Shown here: in pieces, positions 46,854-55,684 of the stretch | How positions within the stretch are numbered: position 1 is the first letter of the stretch | How the letters are laid out: each line of letters starts with the position of its first letter | Assembly (NCBI GenBank): GCA_038207335.1 | Contig: JBBQZX010000002.1 | Location: forward strand, 32,001 to 96,000 | Reading direction: 5' to 3' | Origin: Chthoniobacterales bacterium | Lineage (GTDB): Bacteria > Verrucomicrobiota > Verrucomicrobiia > Chthoniobacterales > Chthoniobacteraceae | Length of the DNA: 64,000 bases | Notes under the pieces: model-generated | What the model was told of the DNA's origin: nothing | Seen by the model: only the letters and a program-made list of their open reading frames with translations | Database searches by the model: none | Made by a program: the position numbers and the translations under genes

Positions 46854-49800
46854 ATGCCATTGCTCCCATTTTCTCGAATATCTCAGACGCTCGCGATCTG
46901 CGCGGCCGCGTTGCTGCTCCACTTTTTACCGCAGGCGCAGGCGCAGATTCCGGCATTCCCCGGCGCAGAGGGCGCGGGCGCGCGGGCGCTGGGCGGGCGC
47001 GGCGGCGACGTGTATCACGTCACGAATACGAATCCATCGGGCGCGGGTTCGCTCGCCTACGGCCTCACGACGGGCGTGCCGAGCGCGGGGCGGACGATCG
47101 TTTTCGACGTGAGCGGGTATGCGCACATCAGCAAGGAGCTGCGGATAACGGCGGGGAAAATCACGATCGCCGGGCAGACCGCGCCGGGGGATGGATTTGG
47201 GCTGAAAGATGGGACGCTGCGCGTATCGGGGGATGACATCGTGATCCGGCATCTGCGCCTGCGAAATGGAAACTCCGCGGACGCGATCGACCTCGACTCA
47301 GGCTCGCTAAATTCGATTTTCGACCACTGCGACGCGATGCTCTCGAACGACGAAAACATGTCGAGTTTCGGCAGCCCGCCGGAAAATATGTCGTGGCAAT
47401 GGGGAGTGAATGCGTGGGGCATGGAGTCGCATTCGGCGGGCGGGCTGTGGGATCAAAATCACGCGACCTCGCACCACTCACTGTGGGCGCACAATCACAC
47501 GCGCAACCCGAAGGCGCGGCCGACGCTGCTGGACTGGGTGAACAACGTGACCTTCGACTGGGACATCGGCTTCATCCTCGGCGACTCCGAGACGCCGGCG
47601 AACTGGAACACGAACGTCGTCGGGAATTATTTCATCGCCGGGACTTCGGGAAAAACGAAGGCGCTCGAGAAGGGCGCACGCGACCGAAACGGCAACTGGA
47701 ATTTTCACGTTTTTCTCAACAACAACCGCTTCGACGGGAACCGAAACGGGATCGTCGATGGCACCGACACAGGCTACGGAATGCTGAGTGGCGACGTGGA
47801 GCACCTCGCCTCCGCGCTTGTAAATACGGGCATCCCCGTGACGGCGGACGATCCGCTGCTCGCGTATAAAAAGGTCGCTTCCGCAGCCGGGCCGCTGCGG
47901 CTGGACGTCGATCCCGCAAAGCCGCTGCGGGACGAACTCGCGACGATCTTGGCAAATGAACTCGTCGCGCAGACGCATCATCATGTGAGCAGTCCTGCGG
48001 GCATCGGCGCGAGCAACGGCGGCTTTGGCGTGCTCGCCTCCACCGCCGCGCCGGTCGATACGGACAAGGACGGAATGCCGGATTTTTACGAGGACGCGCT
48101 GCTTTGGAACAAGACGGTGGACGACCACAACACGGCGGTCCCGGCGACCGGCGCCACTCCCACGAACGCCTCGTTTTTTCCCGTGAATACGCCCGCGGGC
48201 TACACGCGGCTGGAGGAGTATTTGCACTTCCTCGCGATCCCCCACGGCTTCGTGGCGAAGAGCGTGAACGGCGGGCTGACGAGCATCGTGATCGACCTGC
48301 GGAAATTCACAAGCGGCTTCACCGTGACTCCGACGTTTGCGACTGCCAATGTGATCGGCGGCACGGTCGCGCCAAGCGGGCCGGGGAATGCGATCGCTAC
48401 GTTTTCGCCGACGGTCGGATACACGGGGCGCGCGCGGTTCGAGTTCACGGTGAGCGATTCGCAGGGGAGTGTTTGGACGCAGACCTGCGCGCTTGTCGTG
48501 ACGAATTCCGGCCTGCCGCGCGACCTCGTCTGGAAAGGCGACAACTCTGCGAATCCGTGGGACGCCACGACGACTGACTGGCTGCGGAATGGCTCTCCAA
48601 CAGCGTTTGGCTCGGGTGACCGCGTGGCCTTCGACAGCACGGGCTCGCTGTCGCCGGCGGTGAATCTCGTCGGGTCGCTGTCTCCCACGACGGTCGTGGT
48701 GGACTCGCCGGGTGGTTACACTTTCGGCATCGCGGGTGGCACGGGATCGGTCGTCTCGACGGGCACGCTGACGAAGCGCGGCACGGGGACGCTGACGATG
48801 GCGAGCGCGCAGAATTACACGGGCGGCGGGTCGTTCGAGGCAGGGACGGTCGCGATCGCGAGCGGCGGAAACCTGAGTGGCGGGGCGCTCACCATGCTCG
48901 ACGGCACGACTTTCACGAACGCGTATCCGACCGGAACGAGCGGCAGCGCGGCGATCGCATTCGACGTGCCGGCGGGGAATGGCGTGACTTTCAACTCTGG
49001 CAATCGCTTCGCGCTGACCGGCGCGGTGACGGGCGCGGGGACGATCAATTACAACATACAGACGACAGTGAGCCGCGCGGACCTCGGAGGAACGATGGCG
49101 GCATTCACGGGCAGTTTGAAATTCACGAGTAGCGGCTCGCCGGGCGGGGGCGTGAGACTGCTTTTCAACGGCGGCGCGTTCAACGGCTTTGACGGCGCGA
49201 GCGTGGATGTCGGCGGCAGCGTGAGCCTGCAGCCGCAGACGAATAGCGGTGGCAACACTTTCAACATCGGCGCGCTCTCCGGCAGCAGCACAAACGCGAG
49301 TCTCGGCGGCGGCACCGCGGGGACCGTGAATTATTTCATCGGCGCGGCGGGGACGGACACGAGCTTTGCAGGGAGCATCGACGGCAATGCGACGCTCACG
49401 AAAAGCGGCGGCGGCACGCTCACACTCGGCGGCGCAAACAGCCTCACTGGCGCAACGGCGGTGAATGCCGGGGCACTCATCGTGAATGGCTCACTTGGCA
49501 CTGGACCGGTCAGCGTTGCGAGCGGAGCGGCGCTTGGCGGAGGCGGCAGCTTCGGCGGCTCGACGACACTGGTGAGCGGCGCGACGATCGCGCCCGGCGC
49601 GACAGGTGTGCGCGGCGTCGCGACGATGTTGGGCGGATACTCGGCGACGGGGATTACCTATCGGCTCGACTGGTCGAATTCGCCCGGCGGGACGAACGAC
49701 AAAATTTACGTGACTGGCGGAAGTAGCTTCGTCGCGGGCGCGAACACCGTCCTGCTCAACCTCACCGACGGTGCGCTCGGCCTCGGAGTCTATAAAATCG

Positions 49801-51524
49801 TCGAATGCGCGACCGGCATCGCTTTCGGCGCGCAGAGCGGAGTGGCGTTTAACATCACCAATCTTCCAGCCGGCACTCGGCAGACTTTTGCCATCTCCCG
49901 GAGTTCGAGCGGGACTGGCGGAGGCGATGCGCGCCTCACGGTCGGTGGCGCGGCGCCCGCGAATCTCACGTGGGTTGGCGCATTAAATTCCGCAACATGG
50001 GACCTCTCGAACACGGCAAATTTTAACGGCGCGGCGGGCGGCACATTTTACAATCTCGATGCGGTAACGCTCGACGACACGAGCGCCAACCGCACCGTCG
50101 CGCTCGCGGGCAGCCTCGCCCCGCGCACGCTCACGGTGAATACCGCTTCGGGCTACACTCTCGGCGGCACGGGCTCGCTTGATGGAGGCTCGCTTTTGAA
50201 AAGCGGCGTCGGCGTCCTCACGATCAACAACAGCGGCAGGAATACCTTCGCCGGCGGCACGGCGATCTCCGGTGGCACGGTCGTGCTCGGCAGCGCGCAG
50301 GCGAATGCGAGCGGGCTCGGCACGGGGCCGGTCACGCTTGACGGCACGTCGCTCACGATGTTCAGCCTCGGCAACGGCACCCACTCGGGCACGCTGCCTA
50401 ATGAACTCGTCATCAACACGACCGGCACGCTCTACGCCGCCCCGCGCTGCGGCTTCGGCGGACGCGTGAGCGGCTCGGGCGTCTTCAACTATTTCACGCC
50501 GTACGTCCGCGCGGATGTGACCGGCGATTGGTCGGCATTTTCGGGCCGAGTGAATGTGATCACCGATGCCGATGGGGGCGACTTCCGCATCACGGCGTCG
50601 TACGGATGGCCGGGGCTCGGCGCGGCCTCGGTCGATCTCGCGAACCGCGTCACGTTCCGATTCGACGGCACACTTTCGCAAGGAGCGGGGACGTTCATCG
50701 AGATAGGTGAGTTGTCCGGCGGACCCCTTAGCTACTTGCTTGGCGGCCCGACGGGCGGGCGAAATTTCACCTACACGATCGGCGCGAAAACGCCCGCGGT
50801 GAACGAGGTGATTTTCGCGGGTACCATCGCCGAGCAGAACACCGGCACCGCCACTAGCTACATCAAAACGGGCGCGGGCATCTGGACGCTGAATGGCGCG
50901 TGCTCGTGGAATGGCGGCACGACGGTGCAGGCCGGCACGCTCCGAATCGGCGGTTCGCTCGCCAGCGGCGGCGCAAATTTCAACGTGCTCGACGGCGCGA
51001 CGCTCGACCTCGCTGGCGGCTCCGTGAATGCCGATGACGTGCAAGTTTCCACGACCGGCAGGCTCACCGGAAAAGGGACGATCAACGGTGACCTGACGAA
51101 CAAAGGCTTCGTCGATGCGCACCTCGGTGGCGCGCTCACGATCACCGGCGACGTGGTGAACGAGGGCATCATGCGCATCGCCGGCAAAACCGCGCTCATT
51201 GCGAACGGCGCATTCGTCAACAACGGCACGCTCGACCTGCTCACCGGCGCTTCCAGTCTCCCGCCGAATCTCGAGAACAACGGCATCGTTATCGACTCCA
51301 GCAGCCTCTCCACGTTGTCTGCAGTAAAATCGGGAACGACCGTGACCGTGAGCGCGCTCACGATCGGCGCGCACAACTACCAACTCCAGCGCGCCACCTC
51401 GCTCGCGCTCGCCGATTGGGCCGATGTGGGCGCGTTAAAGGCGGGAAACGGCGCGGTGCAGACTTTCAACGACTTCGCCGCCACGGGCACCCAGCGCTTC
51501 TACCATCTCGTGGTCACGCCGTAG
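46854..51524 (+). CDS. Large secreted pectate-lyase-like (PL1-type) protein with autotransporter-associated beta-strand repeats
   Basis: Signal peptide; 'PAFPGAEG.G...GGRGG.VYHVTN', 'TIAGQTAPGDG', 'RNP', 'DTDKDGMPD'; repeated 'LTK.G.GTLTL...N...G.T.V..G.L'. No beta-barrel at the C-terminus. ATG 46854. Confidence 0.85.
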   Translation: MPLLPFSRISQTLAICAAALLLHFLPQAQAQIPAFPGAEGAGARALGGRGGDVYHVTNTNPSGAGSLAYGLTTGVPSAGRTIVFDVSGYAHISKELRITAGKITIAGQTAPGDGFGLKDGTLRVSGDDIVIRHLRLRNGNSADAIDLDSGSLNSIFDHCDAMLSNDENMSSFGSPPENMSWQWGVNAWGMESHSAGGLWDQNHATSHHSLWAHNHTRNPKARPTLLDWVNNVTFDWDIGFILGDSETPANWNTNVVGNYFIAGTSGKTKALEKGARDRNGNWNFHVFLNNNRFDGNRNGIVDGTDTGYGMLSGDVEHLASALVNTGIPVTADDPLLAYKKVASAAGPLRLDVDPAKPLRDELATILANELVAQTHHHVSSPAGIGASNGGFGVLASTAAPVDTDKDGMPDFYEDALLWNKTVDDHNTAVPATGATPTNASFFPVNTPAGYTRLEEYLHFLAIPHGFVAKSVNGGLTSIVIDLRKFTSGFTVTPTFATANVIGGTVAPSGPGNAIATFSPTVGYTGRARFEFTVSDSQGSVWTQTCALVVTNSGLPRDLVWKGDNSANPWDATTTDWLRNGSPTAFGSGDRVAFDSTGSLSPAVNLVGSLSPTTVVVDSPGGYTFGIAGGTGSVVSTGTLTKRGTGTLTMASAQNYTGGGSFEAGTVAIASGGNLSGGALTMLDGTTFTNAYPTGTSGSAAIAFDVPAGNGVTFNSGNRFALTGAVTGAGTINYNIQTTVSRADLGGTMAAFTGSLKFTSSGSPGGGVRLLFNGGAFNGFDGASVDVGGSVSLQPQTNSGGNTFNIGALSGSSTNASLGGGTAGTVNYFIGAAGTDTSFAGSIDGNATLTKSGGGTLTLGGANSLTGATAVNAGALIVNGSLGTGPVSVASGAALGGGGSFGGSTTLVSGATIAPGATGVRGVATMLGGYSATGITYRLDWSNSPGGTNDKIYVTGGSSFVAGANTVLLNLTDGALGLGVYKIVECATGIAFGAQSGVAFNITNLPAGTRQTFAISRSSSGTGGGDARLTVGGAAPANLTWVGALNSATWDLSNTANFNGAAGGTFYNLDAVTLDDTSANRTVALAGSLAPRTLTVNTASGYTLGGTGSLDGGSLLKSGVGVLTINNSGRNTFAGGTAISGGTVVLGSAQANASGLGTGPVTLDGTSLTMFSLGNGTHSGTLPNELVINTTGTLYAAPRCGFGGRVSGSGVFNYFTPYVRADVTGDWSAFSGRVNVITDADGGDFRITASYGWPGLGAASVDLANRVTFRFDGTLSQGAGTFIEIGELSGGPLSYLLGGPTGGRNFTYTIGAKTPAVNEVIFAGTIAEQNTGTATSYIKTGAGIWTLNGACSWNGGTTVQAGTLRIGGSLASGGANFNVLDGATLDLAGGSVNADDVQVSTTGRLTGKGTINGDLTNKGFVDAHLGGALTITGDVVNEGIMRIAGKTALIANGAFVNNGTLDLLTGASSLPPNLENNGIVIDSSSLSTLSAVKSGTTVTVSALTIGAHNYQLQRATSLALADWADVGALKAGNGAVQTFNDFAATGTQRFYHLVVTP

Positions 51525-51584
51525 ATTTGCGTTGCGCGATATCGATCGAGCGCGGGCGCTACCCGGAGCGAGGAAGCGTGGCTG

Positions 51585-52601
51585 TTACACGAGCCTGACG
51601 GCGCCGGTGCCGGGGGCGATGTGGCCGATGGGGCGGGCTTTAGTCAGGCGGATGATTTCGGGGGCGTCTTTTTCGGCGGTGATGATCGTCATGCCGATGC
51701 CCATGTTGAAGACTTGGAACATCTCGGAATGCTCGACGTTTCCGCCGCGCTCGATGTGCTGGAAGATCGCGGGGATTTTCCACGAAGCGGTGTCGATGAC
51801 CGCGTCGCAGCTCTTTGGGAGGACGCGCGGGATGTTGTCGATGAGACCACCGCCGGTGATGTGGGCAAGGCCTTTGATCAAGCGCTGAGGCAGGCTGGCG
51901 AGGAGCGGTTGGTAGTTGCGATGCACGCGGAGGAGTTCGTCGCCGATGGTTTTTGGCACGCCGTCGAGTTTGGATTCGATCGGGAGTTTCATCTGTTCGA
52001 AGAGGACTTTTCGCGCGAGGGAATAGCCGTTGGTGTGGAGGCCATTTGACGGGAGGCCGAGGATCACGTCGCCGTTTTTGATGCGGCTGCCGTCGATCAT
52101 TTTCACTCGATCGACGACGCCGACGATGGTGCCGCAGAGGTCGTATTCGCCCGCCTGATACATGCCGGGCATCTGCGCGGTTTCGCCGCCGATGAGCGCG
52201 CATCCGGCTTGTTTGCAGCCTTTGGCAAAACCGCGGAGGAGTTGCCGGAAGACGCGCGGCTCGAGCTTTTCCGCCCCGATGTAGTCGAGGAAAAAGAGCG
52301 GGCGCGCGCCTAGGACGGCGATGTCGTTGACGCAGTGGTTGACGAGGTCCTGGCCCATCGTGTCGTGGCGGTCGAGGGCGAAGGCGAGCTTCAGTTTCGT
52401 GCCGACGCCATCGACGCTGGAGACGAGGACGGGGTCGCGCATCCCTTTGAAATCGGGGCGGAAGAGGCCGCCAAAGCCGCCGATTTTTCCGAGGACTTCG
52501 GGGCCGTGCGTGCCTTTGACGAGCGCTTGGATTCCGCTCTTCACTTTGTTGCCGAGGTCCACATCGACGCCGGCGGCGGCGTAGGCTTTTTGAGATTTCA
52601 T
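51585..52601 (-). CDS. purM: Phosphoribosylformylglycinamidine cyclo-ligase
   Basis: 'Y..AGVD', 'IGGFGGLF', 'DGVGTKL', 'VNDI..GA.PLFFLDY', 'GGETA.MPG', 'SNGLHTNGYSL', 'AHITGGG', 'FNMGIG'. Confidence 0.97.
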   Translation of the reverse strand: MKSQKAYAAAGVDVDLGNKVKSGIQALVKGTHGPEVLGKIGGFGGLFRPDFKGMRDPVLVSSVDGVGTKLKLAFALDRHDTMGQDLVNHCVNDIAVLGARPLFFLDYIGAEKLEPRVFRQLLRGFAKGCKQAGCALIGGETAQMPGMYQAGEYDLCGTIVGVVDRVKMIDGSRIKNGDVILGLPSNGLHTNGYSLARKVLFEQMKLPIESKLDGVPKTIGDELLRVHRNYQPLLASLPQRLIKGLAHITGGGLIDNIPRVLPKSCDAVIDTASWKIPAIFQHIERGGNVEHSEMFQVFNMGIGMTIITAEKDAPEIIRLTKARPIGHIAPGTGAVRLV

Positions 52602-52654
52602 GAGTTCAAAAATGGGGTGCGGATGTCTCTCAACTTTCGACTTTCAGACACGCC

Positions 52655-54100
52655 TCAAAACAGCTCCGGGTGCTCATCGTCGCTCGCTAGGAGATTCACG
52701 CGCTGGCTGCGGCGCTCCATGATGAATTTGTCGAGGTCGGGATCGACAGGGACGGGATATTCGCCGTTGAAGCAGGCAAGGCAGAAGTCGTTGGCGGGCT
52801 GCTGCGTGGCGCGCACCATGCCGGGGACATCGAGGTACCCGATGGAGTCGGCGCCGAGGTAGTCGCGGATTTCGTCGAGCGTGTGCTGGTTTGCGATGAG
52901 TTTCTCGGGGTCGGGAAAGTCGATGCCGTAGTGGCACGCGTGCCGGTGCGGCGGGCACGAGATGCGCATGTGGACTTCTTTCGCGCCAGCTTCGCGCATA
53001 TTCACGACTCGCGCGCGGGCGGTGGTGCCGCGGACGATGGAGTCATCGACGACGACGACGCGTTTTCCGGCGACGGCTTCTTTGATGAGGTTGAGCTTCA
53101 CGCGCACGTTGAAGTCGCGGATGAGCTGCGTGGGCTGGAGAAAGGTGCGGCCGATGTAATGGTTGCGCACAAAGGATTGGCTAAACGGGATTCCGAGTTC
53201 CTCGGCGAATCCGAATGCGGCGTAGTTCCCCGAGTCGGGGACAGGGACGACGATGTCCGCCTCGGCGGGATGCTGACGCGCGAGTTCGCGGCCCATTTCG
53301 GTGCGAACGCGCGCAACATTCACATCGCTGATAATGGAGTCGGGCCGCGCAAAATAGACGTACTCGAACATGCAGAATGCCTTCTTTTCCTGCTTGAACG
53401 GGAACTCGGAGCGGATGCCATTTTCGTCGATGATGACGACTTCGCCTGGCTCGATTTCGCGGATGAATTCGGCGTGGATGAGATCAAGAGCGCACGTCTC
53501 GCTGGTGAGGACGTATGCGCCATCGAGCATCCCGAGCGCGAGCGGGCGGAAGCCGAATGGATCGCGGACGCCGATGATTTCGCGCTCACTCATCATGACG
53601 AGCGAGTAGGCGCCTTGGATTTTCCGCAGCACGGCGAGGACGCCGCTGGTGTCGCGCGGCTGTGCGAGAAGATGGAGGATGATTTCGCTATCGACGGTGG
53701 TCTGAAAAATAGAGCCGCGCTGCTCGAGTTCGTCGCGAAGGATACTGGCGTTGACGAGGTTGCCGTTGTGTCCGATGGCGAGTTGGCCGCGGCCGCAGTT
53801 GACCATGAGCGGCTGGGCGTTGGTCAGCGTGCTCGAGCCGGTGGTGGAATAGCGGACGTGACCGATGGCGCGCGTGCCGGTAAGGCGGTCGATATCGGCG
53901 GGCTGGAAGACCTGCGAAACAAGACCCATGGCCACATGGCGGATGAATGGGGTATTCGATCCTGTCGATGTGACGATGCCTGCGCTCTCCTGCCCGCGGT
54001 GCTGCAAAGCGAAGAGACCGTAGTAGGTCAGGAGGGCGGCGTTCGGGTGGCCGAAGACGGCGAAAACGCCGCACTCATGGGTTGGTTTGTGGTGCTTCAC
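52655..54100 (-). CDS. purF: Amidophosphoribosyltransferase (propeptide and 4Fe-4S type)
   Basis: 'HE|CGVF', 'LQHRGQESAG', 'GHVRYST', 'HNGNL', 'CMFEYVYFARPDS', 'VVDDSIVRGTT', 'CHYGID', 'CLACF'. Confidence 0.97.
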   Translation of the reverse strand: MKHHKPTHECGVFAVFGHPNAALLTYYGLFALQHRGQESAGIVTSTGSNTPFIRHVAMGLVSQVFQPADIDRLTGTRAIGHVRYSTTGSSTLTNAQPLMVNCGRGQLAIGHNGNLVNASILRDELEQRGSIFQTTVDSEIILHLLAQPRDTSGVLAVLRKIQGAYSLVMMSEREIIGVRDPFGFRPLALGMLDGAYVLTSETCALDLIHAEFIREIEPGEVVIIDENGIRSEFPFKQEKKAFCMFEYVYFARPDSIISDVNVARVRTEMGRELARQHPAEADIVVPVPDSGNYAAFGFAEELGIPFSQSFVRNHYIGRTFLQPTQLIRDFNVRVKLNLIKEAVAGKRVVVVDDSIVRGTTARARVVNMREAGAKEVHMRISCPPHRHACHYGIDFPDPEKLIANQHTLDEIRDYLGADSIGYLDVPGMVRATQQPANDFCLACFNGEYPVPVDPDLDKFIMERRSQRVNLLASDDEHPELF

Positions 54101-54166
54101 GCGGTTCGAGAGGCGCGGAGATTAGCTGGCGCGGGGATGGGGAAAAGGGGAAAACGGTGCGCAGAT

Positions 54167-54238
54167 CATTCTCGTTCTCATCCTCGAAATTTGGATGTTC
54201 GGATCGAGGACGGGGAGGAGTAGGAGGACGAGAACGAT
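54167..54238. repeat. 6-bp-periodic palindromic element in the divergent purF / M14 intergenic region
   Basis: (c)attctcgttctcatcctcga ... tcgaggacggggaggagtaggaggacgagaacga; the two arms are imperfect reverse complements. Confidence 0.6.
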
Positions 54239-54249
54239 CTTTGATTTCG

Positions 54250-55014
54250 ATGCTTTCTCACCGCGCTCACGATTATCCTTTTCTCATGAAACGCTGGCGC
54301 GCGGTGGCTCGAGCGGCGCGGATGAAGATGCAGACGCTGGCGGATGATGGCGGTTTTCGCGTGCATTTTTTGAAAAACCCGTCGCTCGGGAATCAAGGCG
54401 GCATCTACATCTCCGCGGGAATCCACGGCGACGAGCCGGCGGGCAGCGAGGCGCTGATCGCGTGGGCGGAGACAAATGTCTCGCGGTTGCGCGAGCTGCC
54501 GGCGCTGTTTTTTCCGTGCCTGAATCCGTGGGGGCTCGTGAACAATACGCGCGTCGATGCGCACGGCTCGGACCTCAATCGGCTGTTTCATCTGGACTCG
54601 AATCCGGTCGTGGCCGCGATGCGGAAAATGGTCGCGCCGTATCGTTTCGAAGTCGCGCTGATGCTGCACGAAGACTTCGACGCGCAGGGACTCTATCTGT
54701 ACGAAGTGCAGCAGGTGAAGGGCTTCTGGGGCGAGGCGCTGCTCGATGCTGCGCGGCCATTCATCCCGATCGAGGGGCGCGCGATGGTCGATGGAAAGAA
54801 GGCTGCGGCGGGGATCATCCGGCGGAAGATTCGCGCAGCGATGTTCGATGAGATCGGATATCCCGAGGCCATCTGGCTCCACTTGAAACATGCGCAGCGA
54901 TCGCTGACTTTGGAGACGCCGTCGGAGTTCGCGCTCGATCAACGCGTGCGCGCGCAGGTCGCCGTGATCGAGGAATGCGTGAAGCGCGGGATTAGGGCGC
55001 GGGGAGCTTTTTGA
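54250..55014 (+). CDS. M14-family metallocarboxypeptidase / succinylglutamate desuccinylase-like protein
   Basis: 'SAGIHGDEPAG', 'NPWG', 'R..G.DLNR.F', 'LHED', 'TLETPS'. ATG 54250. Confidence 0.85.
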   Translation: MLSHRAHDYPFLMKRWRAVARAARMKMQTLADDGGFRVHFLKNPSLGNQGGIYISAGIHGDEPAGSEALIAWAETNVSRLRELPALFFPCLNPWGLVNNTRVDAHGSDLNRLFHLDSNPVVAAMRKMVAPYRFEVALMLHEDFDAQGLYLYEVQQVKGFWGEALLDAARPFIPIEGRAMVDGKKAAAGIIRRKIRAAMFDEIGYPEAIWLHLKHAQRSLTLETPSEFALDQRVRAQVAVIEECVKRGIRARGAF

Positions 55015-55570
55015 AGGGGGCGACGTAAATGTCGGGGAAAAGTTTTGCGTCGTCGGCGGTGGCAAGGTAGGCGGCGAGGGTCTCAGTGGTTTCGTGGAGA
55101 ACAACTCGCTCGACGGCGTCGGTGGCGGCGTTGCGCTCGACTTTGCCTTTTAGTTTTCCGGCGTCGATGGACTCGGCGACGGCTTTCATGGAGATGATGC
55201 GGATGGTGAGGTCGCCGCTTTTGTCGAAGTCGTAGCGCGCAAATGTGTAGGCTTCGCTGTCGGGCTTTTCACCGCCGACGGGCTTGCCGACGATGTTCAT
55301 GTAGGTGCGCTCGCCGATCTTCGTGGTGAACATCGTGTAGCCGGTGACGTCGATGCCGTTCTCTTTTTCGTGAATGACCTGGGCGATATCCATCCAGTGT
55401 TCGTCGTGCTGGCGGAAGTGGATGTAGGCGGTGTCGCCGTCGTGCTTGAGCGCCCAGACGCCGTCGAGGTGGTCGTCGATGGTGGCCTCGGCAGGGATCG
55501 ATAGCGGCAACTCGGACTCGAGGACGCAGGAGGTGAGGAGGGTGCAGAGGGCGAGCAGGAGGAAGCGCAT
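54992..55570 (-). CDS. Hypothetical lipoprotein
   Basis: ATG 55570; lipobox LLTS|C; 'D..L.G.W' motif. Confidence 0.7.
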   Translation of the reverse strand: MRFLLLALCTLLTSCVLESELPLSIPAEATIDDHLDGVWALKHDGDTAYIHFRQHDEHWMDIAQVIHEKENGIDVTGYTMFTTKIGERTYMNIVGKPVGGEKPDSEAYTFARYDFDKSGDLTIRIISMKAVAESIDAGKLKGKVERNAATDAVERVVLHETTETLAAYLATADDAKLFPDIYVAPFKKLPAP

Positions 55571-55684
55571 TTGATGAGGTCGAAAGTTTTTTTTGCGACT
55601 GATCTGGATGAGGGAAAAGGTGAGCGTCGAGGTGAAGAATCGCGGAGCCGGCTTTCGAGTTTCAACCCACAACCCGCAACTGCC

